Assembly (NCBI GenBank): GCA_000165345.1
Contig: CM000435.1
Span: 1,056,001-1,120,000 of the forward strand
Direction: 5' to 3'
DNA: 64,000 nucleotides
Shown: one piece after another, positions 22,649 to 32,989 of the stretch
Layout of the letters: each line of letters starts with the position of its first letter
How positions within the stretch are numbered: the first letter of the stretch is position 1
Made by a program: the position numbers and the translations under genes
The notes under the pieces: model-generated
What the model was told of the DNA's origin: nothing
The model's input: only the letters and a program-made list of their open reading frames with translations
The model's database searches: none

Positions 22649-23553
22649 ATGGAATATATTGGCTCTTTGGATAATCCATTAAGACTCATTTACTTTTCAT
22701 GCAGGTAAGAGATATTACATAGAACTCAAGGAAAATATGGAGTTATGTTACTGGAAAATTATTTAGAAAATATGTAAAATCCAGTATCAGTTAATGGAAT
22801 GAATAATTCAATTTATATTTTAGAGGAACTTGTGATGTAATAAGGTTGCTGCTGGTAGACCAAGAAATACCATATGAGGGTAAGTGAAGTGAAGTCAATA
22901 TTATTATGTAATATACAATAAACTTTAATCTGAATTATAAAAATGATTGAATATTTAGAGCATAATATTTCAGGAAAAGACTTTTTACAGCCCGAGTTTC
23001 AACAAGTCCTAGTGGAATCTGGGAACTTTCCAATGCTCCCATATTTGTCAGACTCAAACAATGAAGTCGAGCTAACAGGATCATTCACAATATTAAGGTA
23101 CCTCGCAGATAAGTGTAAGTTGATGGGTAAAAGTCCTGAGGAAAGAAATAAGATAGAAAATTGGCTGGAATATCTTCAATCTTTACTACATTCAGTATGG
23201 GATTTCGAAAATATGTCAGATAATTATACAGGAATCCAACAGGCAAAGAAAAAGAGCCAGTTTCTATTAGAAACTCTTCATCCAATGCTTAAATGTATAG
23301 ATGAAAAGATTGAACAAGGAATCTGGGCTCTAGAATCCTATTCAGTAGTGGACATTGTCCTATATTCAGCAATAAGCGTGATAATTAGATCTTGGGGAAG
23401 CGATCTATTGAAACCTTATATTAGGTAAGTTATCATTGTATGGAAGGATCAGCTGTATAACTAACGAATGCCAGAATATTAACACATAAAAAGAATATGG
23501 AGAAATTGAGAAAGCAAATAGATTCGTTTAAGGATGACCCTAGACGTTTTTAA
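22649..23553 (+). CDS. Glutathione S-transferase (four exons: 22649..22704, 22824..22879, 22959..23424, 23475..23553), 218 aa
   Basis: The spliced N-terminus is MEYIGSLDNPLRLIYFSCRGTCDVIRLLLVDQEIPYEE, then …FPMLPYLSDSNNEVELTGSFTILRYLADK, matching the GST thioredoxin-like domain. The last donor GTAAGT overlaps the TAA that ends ORF 22943..23428. Exon 4 adds ILTHKKNMEKLRKQIDSFKDDPRRF*, which aligns with a GST C-terminus. Confidence 0.65.
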
Positions 23554-23578
23554 AAAGAAATAACTAACTAGTAATAAA

Positions 23579-25633
23579 TTAATCTCTTGAGTATTTGAAT
23601 TGATCAGGTCTACTATTTAAAATGATTTGATCTCGCTCACTTACAACCCATGCAACAACAACTGTAATGTCATCAAGCTTTCCTCCAGTACTAAACTGCC
23701 AAAGTTCATCGCTGACGCTACAATGTCTGTTAAAAGGGGTCTTTGCCTTTGGATCCAAAGATTTGATGTATGCTGCATTTGCTAGAGCCTTGGATATGTT
23801 ATGAGGGCTTGAATATAATTTGGGATCTTTTAGTAACCTAATTGCCTCATATGGGGAGATTGCTCCGCTACATATGCTACAAATTTCATAATCAAACAAA
23901 TTATCAAATAAACCATCGGTAGCAACTACAATTAAGTCACTTTGGGAAAGGGTAATCTCTTTGGTTATTGAATGAGATGGTAAATCCTGAGGAACATCCT
24001 CGCTATTTTTAACAAGATTAATAAAACAAGTCAATCCCTTTTCTTGTAACATTGGAAAATCTTCAGGAGTTGGAAGCCTTGATAACTGAAATGGACAATT
24101 AAAAGAATGTTGCTGAGCTGGACTTCTATAAACAATACCCATCCTAAAAGTTTCAGGAGTTCTTCTTAATATAATTATCCCAGAGTCTCCCAAATATGAA
24201 ATCTGAAGTTTGCTAGTCTTTGGGTCAAAACATGCAACAAAAGCTGTAGATGAGCCAAAAGACTGCGTATTCTTATATCCCTCCATCAACAAAAACTGAG
24301 AGTAAGAAAGAGCCTGAGAGTCACTGTTGAATTGTTTTCCTAAGTTAAACATTTCCTCTTTATCGTCTTTATCCAACTCATTCTGTGGCTCAGTCCTTTC
24401 TTCCATACTGTAACCTATATCAAACTTTAATTTTGCTCCTTTAGAACGATGCGTAAATCCACGAAATTCCGAGACCTCCCTACTTTCCATTGTCATTTTC
24501 TTTGTCGCATCTGGCTTAATGTTTGCATGCACCACATTTTTCTTTAAAATTGCCACGTCATTAGGCGGGGGGCGGGGTTGCATGCATTTTGTATTAAGAT
24601 AAGCTTCTCTCATTCCAGAAATGAGTTCAGAAGCGAATAATTTTGGGTTAACTCCAAAGTTGGCCCATTCTCCCACTCCATCGGCAATTCCGATTACATT
24701 TTCCTCATAAAAGTGTGCATCCTCTCCTCCGTAGTGAACTTTTGAAGGATGGGGGTGAGAGCAGCTCCCAATGGATAAATTCAAGACTGCTCCATCTTTT
24801 TTTGGTCGAATATATTCTGGAATTCTAAGGAAAATATCAATTCCTTTAAGGTAGCTAGTAACATTTGAAGGCCAAGCTTTATTAGAGTGTGTTGAAATCC
24901 TCCTAAGTCTGTCCTCTTTCAGAGCCATATTTAGCCTTTCCATACCATCGTCATTATAGGGTGGAAATGCAACAGTAGTACTTGTCATAACTCTGTATAT
25001 GGCGGGCCGTCCTGAAGTTGGAGTATTAGAAGAGGGAGAGTTTATGGTAGAGGATGCAGATGAAGATGCAGAGGTACTTTTTGAATAGTCATAAATATCT
25101 TTATTAACATTCCATTCGTATACTTCTCTTTGGGTAGTTGTTTTGTCTTGTCCTTCTACTTCTAACTCCAATTCTAAATCCAAAATTTCTCCCGAATAAA
25201 AGTTACTATTCTGACTGAGGTTTGAACGAGCAAACATTAGACCATCGCTAAAGCATCTACTCATGAAGGATTTCTGGTAAATATTGTCATTACGTTCTCT
25301 TTTTCCTTGGCTACTTTCTTCGACTTCTATTTCTGCCTCCCTACTACCTTCTGAGCCCTTTGACCAAGCCTCATTTGGGCTCTGATTGGACGTTGCATTC
25401 TGGGATGGAGAGAAATTACCTGAAATTGAACCAGCTGTTGACTGGGATGAATATCTTTTTGAATGGTAAAGCTTTTCAGGAAGCTCTTTTGAAAATATCC
25501 TCAATACATTCTTTGAATGGCTTACTATACTCTCTCCTCCCAAATGGCTATTCCTTGCTAAATCCTCCAAAAACCTCCGAAATATTACAGAGGGCTCTTG
25601 CTCTTCCTGTATTCTTTCATTTTCTTTATACAT
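23579..25633 (-). CDS. PP2C-family (PPTC7-like) phosphatase with a long low-complexity insert, 684 aa
   Basis: The ORF-track start at 25657 is GTG; the first ATG is at 25633. Motifs IGIADGVGEW, LIVVATDGLFDNL and GGKLDDITVVVAWV. This is a paralogue of the gene at 1056..1961. Confidence 0.7.
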   Translation of the reverse strand: MYKENERIQEEQEPSVIFRRFLEDLARNSHLGGESIVSHSKNVLRIFSKELPEKLYHSKRYSSQSTAGSISGNFSPSQNATSNQSPNEAWSKGSEGSREAEIEVEESSQGKRERNDNIYQKSFMSRCFSDGLMFARSNLSQNSNFYSGEILDLELELEVEGQDKTTTQREVYEWNVNKDIYDYSKSTSASSSASSTINSPSSNTPTSGRPAIYRVMTSTTVAFPPYNDDGMERLNMALKEDRLRRISTHSNKAWPSNVTSYLKGIDIFLRIPEYIRPKKDGAVLNLSIGSCSHPHPSKVHYGGEDAHFYEENVIGIADGVGEWANFGVNPKLFASELISGMREAYLNTKCMQPRPPPNDVAILKKNVVHANIKPDATKKMTMESREVSEFRGFTHRSKGAKLKFDIGYSMEERTEPQNELDKDDKEEMFNLGKQFNSDSQALSYSQFLLMEGYKNTQSFGSSTAFVACFDPKTSKLQISYLGDSGIIILRRTPETFRMGIVYRSPAQQHSFNCPFQLSRLPTPEDFPMLQEKGLTCFINLVKNSEDVPQDLPSHSITKEITLSQSDLIVVATDGLFDNLFDYEICSICSGAISPYEAIRLLKDPKLYSSPHNISKALANAAYIKSLDPKAKTPFNRHCSVSDELWQFSTGGKLDDITVVVAWVVSERDQIILNSRPDQFKYSRD

Positions 25634-26041
25634 TATTAAATTATTGCATTTCTGCACACGACTCCTCCTCTAACATGATTTCGCCTCTTGGCGCCTAAAT
25701 GCTGGACATGCCGCTCACAGGTACCGAATCTAAAAATACGTTTGGGGGCCCCCAAAGCTGGTGTAGGAGAAAAATATCAAAAATTAATTAAATATCAAAA
25801 ATTACAAAGGAGACAAAAATATAAGATATTATTCAGGAAAAATTTCTTCAGGATTAGATTTATTAAGGTTTTATTTTCCTTTATTGATACTATTATGATT
25901 ACGGCTATTCCTTTAAATCTATCTACGTTCTCAGCAGATTCGACTATTCATCTTTAATACTTACCACGATTTCTCCTTTTTTTCCCATATTCCAGCTTCT
26001 TCCTCTTCTTAGTTTTCACCCAGCTCAATCTTTTTAACTGA

Positions 26042-27847
26042 TTATATTATGCATACTAGATTTCTAGGATTGGTCTCCCAACTTAAAATTGCCATAGTAA
26101 CGGAGGTAAAGGAGATTACGCTACCAATAAAAACCATAAATCCAATAAAGAGTTGTCCGGCTTTTGAAATTCTCTCCCTATTAAGACTGAAATAGAATAA
26201 AGGTGGATAAACAAATGCTAAAGGAACACATAATAGTCCTCCAGTAATTGTTACAAAGCTTCCTAACTCATCTTCAAAGTTATAGGCTAAAATCCCACAT
26301 AATAAAACCAGAGAATAAGAAATTAAAGCCCTCAGAGCTGAGTGGTGGAACTTTGATCTGGAATCTATGAGTCTGTCTTGGCTCAAGTCAACGATCTGGG
26401 CCCCATCGTCTTCTATTTCCTCTAGCCTTTCCAAGCTTTCCTTCTTTACTATTCTTGGAATACTTTTATTACTCTTATCACCGCCAATACCGCTACAAAT
26501 ATCAGTCTCCAAATTCTCAATAACTGCTCCTTTCTCTGATTTATTCTCTTTATTAGCCTTCATATTTTCCAATTTCAAACTGGAAGTTGAATTCTCCACA
26601 GGAGAGTAAACCACTTTGTTCCCAATGGAGGAATCCCAGCTTTCAGATATTGACGCAAGCTGAATAATCTTTGAAGTAGAAAACAGATTGTTCTGGAATG
26701 ATGATATATTCTCTGAATTCTTCAAAGAGGAGGAAGAAAAATTCAGCTGAGAAGCCCTTAAAATATTTGTACTCGTAGGATTTATCCGGATATTCTTTTT
26801 TGAAAGCTCACTTTCATGCTGGTCATCTGTGATCATGAAAAGTTCTTTCTTAATCTCTTTTCCGGTTACTTTCTCTTTATCAACTTTTGAAACAGGATTT
26901 GTCTCAATCTTCTCCAGATTCTCCATACTCTTTCTTCCTATAAAGGGAAGTTTTATCTGAAATATATATTTTTCTATAATCCCCATAGATGGGAAAAGCT
27001 GTAATGGGACGGAAAACATTATTGCAGATGAGTATATTATTAGAGAAATTATTTTGGCTTTTGGATTCAATATATTCTCAGTTACTGGAGAGGTAGTATC
27101 ATCACCAAATGAATAGTAAACAAAGCTTGCAAAGAAGTTTGAGATTACCCCAATCAATATCATTGTAAAGGTTAATATTGCTGGAAAAGCTTGGAGTAAA
27201 TACTCCGGAGTTGAATTCCTTATTGGAAGTATCAACGCTATTCCTTCATAATTAAATGCACTTGTTCCAAGTACTAACCCTGCTCCATATATGCTACCAA
27301 GCCTTGAAATTTCTGGTCTACCAATCGGATATCTTTCCAGATTTTGATAACCATAATAGATTATTACTCCAAGTACTGAGAACACTGAAATATTTGCTAA
27401 TACACTGAGAAATCCCAGATTTTCAATATCTCTCAAAAAGATAAAGGGTAAGTAAATTACCATCTGGAAACAAATCAGCTTAAGTATTGGAATTTCTAAC
27501 TGGCAACTTGAAATGGAATATATTATTTCTTGAATATTATGAGATACAAAAATCATATAAACTGTAGAAAAGCCTAGCTGAGAAAAGAATATTGAAGTAT
27601 CAACCAAAATTAATCCAGATCTTCCCCAAACTCTCTCTGCTAACTCTCCTAAGGTTTCTTTGCCTTGACAACACTTAACCAAAAATCTGATTGAAATGAT
27701 AGCCAAGAAACAAACCAAAGTTGATAATATATTTCCACTAATAATACCTGAAACTCTAAACGTTCCTGGCAAAAAGATAATCCCAGTCCCAATAAAAGAC
27801 TTGATCAGTGTGACCATTATCCTCAAGCACGGCCTCACTCTTTTCAT
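26042..27847 (-). CDS. Amino-acid transporter of the Aa_trans (SLC32/36/38-like) family with a large hydrophilic insert, about 600 aa
   Basis: The ORF-track start at 27871 is TTG; the first ATG is at 27847. Signature LIKSFIGTGIIFLPGTF, about 11 TM helices, and a 190-aa soluble loop. Confidence 0.7.
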   Translation of the reverse strand: MKRVRPCLRIMVTLIKSFIGTGIIFLPGTFRVSGIISGNILSTLVCFLAIISIRFLVKCCQGKETLGELAERVWGRSGLILVDTSIFFSQLGFSTVYMIFVSHNIQEIIYSISSCQLEIPILKLICFQMVIYLPFIFLRDIENLGFLSVLANISVFSVLGVIIYYGYQNLERYPIGRPEISRLGSIYGAGLVLGTSAFNYEGIALILPIRNSTPEYLLQAFPAILTFTMILIGVISNFFASFVYYSFGDDTTSPVTENILNPKAKIISLIIYSSAIMFSVPLQLFPSMGIIEKYIFQIKLPFIGRKSMENLEKIETNPVSKVDKEKVTGKEIKKELFMITDDQHESELSKKNIRINPTSTNILRASQLNFSSSSLKNSENISSFQNNLFSTSKIIQLASISESWDSSIGNKVVYSPVENSTSSLKLENMKANKENKSEKGAVIENLETDICSGIGGDKSNKSIPRIVKKESLERLEEIEDDGAQIVDLSQDRLIDSRSKFHHSALRALISYSLVLLCGILAYNFEDELGSFVTITGGLLCVPLAFVYPPLFYFSLNRERISKAGQLFIGFMVFIGSVISFTSVTMAILSWETNPRNLVCII

Positions 27848-28666
27848 TATTAATGGCTCTAAAATTCCCAAGTTATAAAAGAATATTGTACAATTATCTT
27901 TCTATGAGCCAGTTACACTGTATATCATAACTCCTTCTTGTATTTTTCTCTTTTATTTTTCCTTTTTTCTCTTCTTCCAGATAATTTCTCTTTTCTCTTT
28001 ATTAAATGCTTTTACATGCAAAAATGCACCAAATTTTGAGATTATGCCGCCAAAAATGATTGTCTTTAATTATATTCCCAATTAGAACCAGAGGAATTAA
28101 TTTGAATGAGTGTTATAGATCGAACTTTTTTAAAGCATTTCTATAAAATATGAACTCAACATATTTGGATTCTTATATTCTTTAAAACTTACCTTGGTTA
28201 AGTTTGGACTGATCTAACTTACCAGAATATTAGAAGCCTTGATTTCCAAATTAATTATAGCTTTTATTATCCCTAATAATATAGAAGGGATTTTTAATAT
28301 AATATATCTGATCTTGAGAAATGATTACTCTGTTTATGAAGGAAATCTGAAAAGAAAAAAACAAAATTGAAGTTGAGTAATATTAATTTATTAGGTGTGG
28401 GAAGATGAAAATTGGTTTCTGAACTGATGAAAAGATAGACTGCATTGAACTGAGTTAAACAAGAAATAATTAATAATCTGAAATATAAATTTCTATAAGC
28501 CAATAATAAATTAATCTTCTTGCTGTTTTTGAATATAAATCTTTATCATATATTGATCAGCTTTGGCTGGAAGAATAATTAAGAATGATTTGCTGTATAT
28601 AGGGAGTCGTTATATTGTTTATTTGGATTATAAGATTTGCATACAATACAGTAAAATTCTTTTCTA

Positions 28667-30805
28667 TTACTCTGTAGAAGTTGTAGTACTAGTAGTATCC
28701 TTTGTACAACTCTTTCCGTAAATCATAAAGGAACCACCAGTTTGAGTGCTATCAACAAACATTTGAGAAACCTCAATCTTGACCTCCTTTGCAGTTAATG
28801 GGTACTGTAACATATATTTATGAGCATTTAGACTGGCAGTGTGGGCAAGAGTAAACTTCTCTTGGACGTTAGTCTCATGCATTTCATCAACTTGTTGTTT
28901 AATATACATGGTCAATGAAGCTGGCCACATTGATGGATTATCCAATGGAATATATTGGAAGTCAGTGACTTCAACAGGTTGCTTGAATTTGATGGTAATG
29001 CTCTCACCGATAGTATTTCCTACAGAAGTTTTCCAAGCTCCAAAAGGCTCATCGCGATTCTTTCCCTTTAATGCATAGATCCCATCATATTCAGGACTTT
29101 GAGAAGATGAAGACTTTACAGATTCAACAAAAGCATCAGTACTGAGGAGCTTTCTTTCTGAACATTGTGTGGTAGCTAAGGATGCTTCAGTTGGATGCTG
29201 CTTGAAGAAGAGAATGAAAGGTTTGGATTCATTAACCTTAAGAGAGATATCAGTTGCTTTTGGGATAGTTACTTGTGCAACCTTCATTGTTTGAGTTTCA
29301 ACAGCCTTGCTGGAATCAGTTTTGTCAGTCTTATAGATTGAGAATACAGAGTCAGTGTTAGTGAATTGGAGATTTTCAGCAGTGACTGGCAATTTATCAG
29401 TAACATCAGCAGCAATGAACATTGTGCATGGCTGATTAACACTAACCTTCATATTGTGTAGTTCTGGGGAAGATGATGACTTAAGCATCTTTAAGCCTTC
29501 AAATCCAGATGGTAAGTCAGCAATGAAATGGGTATTACTATCCTTGTGAGCAAATTCTCCATTTCTTAAAGTAGAGATCTCATAAAATACTGGGTTAACA
29601 CCTGAAAGTTTCAATGGTTGTCTTGGATTTCCAGTATAGAAGTATGAACTTGGGATAACCTGCTCTTGAATATTTGAAGTCTTCCACATTAATTTAATTG
29701 AGGCAATATCTGGATTTTTATATCTAAGATGACTGCTATGGAACATCTCAACTCTAATTCTATACTTTTGCCCACCAACTAATTCTTGAGCTACTGAAGT
29801 AACTTTAACTGGGCCATCATGTCTTGCATCCAATAATAATGGAACAGCTCTCTCAGAGGAGGCATCCCCAGAGGAAGGTTGTGGCATTCTGTCGATAATG
29901 ATTGCTCTTCCACCCAAGAATAATCTTGCTCCACAATCAGCTTCAATGCTGAAGTAGTATCTTCCAGACTCAGGAGCAAGTAAAAATCCGTCCCATCTGA
30001 TGGAAAATTGCTGATTTGGAACACCCTCAATCGGGTCCTTTGAAATATACATCATATTAATATTTCTATCATTTCTATAATTTCTTGGAGCACCATCAAA
30101 CTTTGGATTGTCATAATATGACCCTCTTAAACCATCTGGGAAAGGAATATCTTCATATCCTGGTAACAACTCACAGTTTTCTGGTCTGCTCAAAGCAAAG
30201 TCACGATCTCTTACGATATCTTTTTCTAATTCATCAATGCTTGTTTTTAAAACATCAACCTTTGTAATTGATTCTTCAATCTTATTCAGGCAATGCTGAC
30301 CTTTCTGAATTAATGACTCAATATTGTCCAATCTACTGCTTACTATTGATTGCTGAGAACCACAAGTACTGTTGTATCTCTCAAGCAAGTCTGTTAATCT
30401 TGAAGCTTGGTTATCTAATTGATTTGCAATCTTAGCTGATTCTCTTGCCTTGACTTCAAAAATCTCATTTGCCTTTGTACGGAGCATATCATAGTTCACA
30501 ACAGGTAAGCAGTAATTCCAGTTCTTTGAACCTTGGGATGCTACCTGTGGCTCAACATAACACCACTCTCTTCCAGAAGTCCCATCTGGAGACTTTGCTA
30601 TTGTACAATCTGTATATGTCTGGAAATCCTGTACAAATACTGCAGAACAGAGTCTTCCATCTACTGTTCTCCTAAATTGTTGTCTATACTGAGCAAGCTC
30701 CTGAAGAAGCTGCGAAGTTGGTGCTTGTTGAGTTGTTTGGCTCAAAGCATTTCCTGCCAATAATATGAAGCTTAGGCCTTTAAATACACCCTTGAATTTC
30801 AACAT
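28667..30805 (-). CDS. Secreted protein with a fibronectin type II/kringle-like Cys module, a coiled coil and a PA14 domain, about 712 aa
   Basis: The ORF-track start at 30979 is GTG. I start at M59 (ATG 30803-30805) because it gives the signal peptide MLKFKGVFKGLSFILLAGNALSQ, and the skipped sequence (30901-30975) holds a cluster of GCATGC boxes. FN2-like module: CSAVFVQDFQTYTDCT…DGTSGREWCYVEP…WNYC. PA14: GLRGSYYDNP…FSIRWDGFLLAPESGRYYFSIEADCGARLFLGGRAIII. Confidence 0.6.
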   Translation of the reverse strand: MLKFKGVFKGLSFILLAGNALSQTTQQAPTSQLLQELAQYRQQFRRTVDGRLCSAVFVQDFQTYTDCTIAKSPDGTSGREWCYVEPQVASQGSKNWNYCLPVVNYDMLRTKANEIFEVKARESAKIANQLDNQASRLTDLLERYNSTCGSQQSIVSSRLDNIESLIQKGQHCLNKIEESITKVDVLKTSIDELEKDIVRDRDFALSRPENCELLPGYEDIPFPDGLRGSYYDNPKFDGAPRNYRNDRNINMMYISKDPIEGVPNQQFSIRWDGFLLAPESGRYYFSIEADCGARLFLGGRAIIIDRMPQPSSGDASSERAVPLLLDARHDGPVKVTSVAQELVGGQKYRIRVEMFHSSHLRYKNPDIASIKLMWKTSNIQEQVIPSSYFYTGNPRQPLKLSGVNPVFYEISTLRNGEFAHKDSNTHFIADLPSGFEGLKMLKSSSSPELHNMKVSVNQPCTMFIAADVTDKLPVTAENLQFTNTDSVFSIYKTDKTDSSKAVETQTMKVAQVTIPKATDISLKVNESKPFILFFKQHPTEASLATTQCSERKLLSTDAFVESVKSSSSQSPEYDGIYALKGKNRDEPFGAWKTSVGNTIGESITIKFKQPVEVTDFQYIPLDNPSMWPASLTMYIKQQVDEMHETNVQEKFTLAHTASLNAHKYMLQYPLTAKEVKIEVSQMFVDSTQTGGSFMIYGKSCTKDTTSTTTSTE

Positions 30806-30900
30806 TTCTTCCTTTTTTATTTTGAAACTCTCAAGATGAGAATATTTCTTGTTTTTAAAAAATATATTTTCAAAAACTATTACTTTTACTATCCTGTAAT

Positions 30901-30975
30901 TGCATGCGTGGGGACCATATTTGCATATACCGTCTTTATTGGCATGCATACTTGCAAATTTGCATGCGCACTTGT
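30901..30975. promoter_or_regulatory. Cluster of four GCATGC-type boxes upstream of the PA14 gene
   Basis: GCATGCGTG…GGCATGCATAC…TTGCATGCGC…CACATGC within 75 bp, about 100 bp upstream of the proposed ATG at 30805. Confidence 0.35.
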
Positions 30976-31217
30976 CCACATGCTTAATATTAATTTAATT
31001 AAAATATATATGAAATTCCAATATATAAATTTCAAAGTTTTATTTGTTAGTTAAAAGAGGTAAAATTTCAATATTAACCCTACTTTGATTTTTTTTTTTT
31101 ATAATTTAAATTTAAAAATTCTATTTATAGTTAATACTAAAAAGGATATAAATATAGATATATGTTATTTTATTTAGAAATATCTGGATACTTTGATTAA
31201 TTGAACCAATTTATGCC

Positions 31218-32405
31218 TTATTTTTTTATTAACAAAAAGCATAAAACGGCCAAAACAAGCAAAGCCCCAAACCCTAAAACCAAATAAAATGTATTACTAG
31301 ACAAGAACGATTGCAGACTGTTTGGAGGTTTTCCACTGAAGACGATTTGTCTTCCTAGCTGTAACTCTCTGCTAACCTCTCTTGGCACCTTCCTGCTAAT
31401 CTGTACCTTTTCTGTATATTTGTAATTCTTCTCTGCCTCGTCCTTATCTTCATCTTCTTTGTTAGATGATTGTGCGTTTTTTGATACCCTCCCATGTTCA
31501 AATTCCTCAAAGTCCTCCTCATCTTCATACTCCTCCTGCTGTACCGTATTTCCAGGATAATCTTTCAAAAGTCCCTGAACAATTTTATATTGTGCTAACT
31601 GTGATTCAAGCATCCTTGAACACGACAAACGGAGGCAAAACTTATAAAATCTCATATCACATGATTTTTTTTCTTTGCATTTAGCTTTAACTTTAAATTC
31701 ATATGGTCTATAAACCCCAGACCTATCAAGTGGTAAAGAAAATGATCTAGAAATCATTGTCATGGTTTCTTTCGTCTTCTTGTGTTTTAATTTTAATGGA
31801 TTCAAATTATGGGTAATCGGACAAAGAGAATTTCCTCTTGATGCCCTAACATTCATACCACGCATATTAATCTCCTCCAAGGTTTCATCTAAATCAATCT
31901 GAAATTCAATTGGAGGAATTGTCTTACCTTTTGGCTTATTGATCAAGACCGCAATGTTAAAAGTGACAGTGGAATAAAGTGAAGTATAACTACCTGTTGA
32001 AAATGCTGAGTAGGCAGAATTATAGTTAAAATTCTCCAACTGGCATTTACTTAAATCTATGGGTTCATTTTCTCCCCAATCTGCACTTAAATCCTCGAAT
32101 GTATTCCCACTTATCTTTGAATTTGAATATATTGAACCATTTGCCAGTAAAATCCTTTCAAACTTTCCTAAATTCCATCCACCGCAAATATGTGTTAATG
32201 GTTTAAATGAGTTCAATAAGCACTGACTACAAAATACTGATTGACCACATGATGTATAATAATTCGGGTTATTGGCCGTTTTACAGCCAAAGTTCTTGCA
32301 TTGTTCTTCCGGAGTAAGTCCAAATAACCTAGTAGTTTTTGCATTTGAAGCAAAAGTAAGGTAAAATTGAGAAAATAGCCATATTAATTTGAAAATAGCC
32401 CACAT
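31218..32405 (-). CDS. Cys-rich type I membrane protein (signal peptide plus C-terminal TM), 395 aa
   Basis: ATG checked. N-terminal signal MWAIFKLIWLFSQFYLTFASNA, a Cys-rich ectodomain, the TM helix LVLGFGALLVLAVLCFLLI, and a terminal KK. Confidence 0.5.
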   Translation of the reverse strand: MWAIFKLIWLFSQFYLTFASNAKTTRLFGLTPEEQCKNFGCKTANNPNYYTSCGQSVFCSQCLLNSFKPLTHICGGWNLGKFERILLANGSIYSNSKISGNTFEDLSADWGENEPIDLSKCQLENFNYNSAYSAFSTGSYTSLYSTVTFNIAVLINKPKGKTIPPIEFQIDLDETLEEINMRGMNVRASRGNSLCPITHNLNPLKLKHKKTKETMTMISRSFSLPLDRSGVYRPYEFKVKAKCKEKKSCDMRFYKFCLRLSCSRMLESQLAQYKIVQGLLKDYPGNTVQQEEYEDEEDFEEFEHGRVSKNAQSSNKEDEDKDEAEKNYKYTEKVQISRKVPREVSRELQLGRQIVFSGKPPNSLQSFLSSNTFYLVLGFGALLVLAVLCFLLIKK

Positions 32406-32989
32406 AACTTCGAACTACTTGTCCATTCTAACCTTAAATAAGGCTATTTTTATTCAACTCAACTTTTTGGCAGTCCTTTTATTTTCTAAACTATTCCTCT
32501 AGAAAATTTGTGTGCAGTGTGTAAGGGCAATTCAATTTATCTTTGCATCTTATAAAGTAAACTGTTAATAAGTAAAAGTTGTTTTTGAAACAAAAATAAC
32601 TAAATCTTTCACTCATACATTACCTATTATTTCAGAAATACCTCTTTTCTTATGCTTAAGTACTACTCTAAATTATATCAGCTATGAGCAACTTTGTGAT
32701 TTAGAATACTAGAATGGAAAAACTGATCAGATTACTCCTCCATTCAAGGTTAACATTTTCATCATAACTTATTAAAAATACTAATTTTCCCTACATATAT
32801 TTCTCTCACACATTTCTAACCTTTCAATTTTATTTTTACTCTTTCAATACCCCAAATATCTCAATTATTCCCATGCATTTATTATTCTCCACTTTAGGCG
32901 CCAATCCTGATAGATCCATTCAAAAATTAATTGCATGTATGGGGAAAAATAGCTTTTCAAAGAGTAATTAGAGCAGATAATGTTAAGAA

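Noticed and set aside
24558-24590. GGCGGGGGGCGGGG plus GCATGC resembling a promoter box cluster
   Set aside because: It lies inside the PP2C coding sequence and encodes …MQPRPPPND…. The motif resemblance is coincidental.
25688-25957. 89-aa ORF in the PP2C/transporter intergenic region
   Set aside because: Its 'start' is not ATG, it overlaps the E2F-like promoter box at 25687-25699, and its composition is K/R-rich nonsense.
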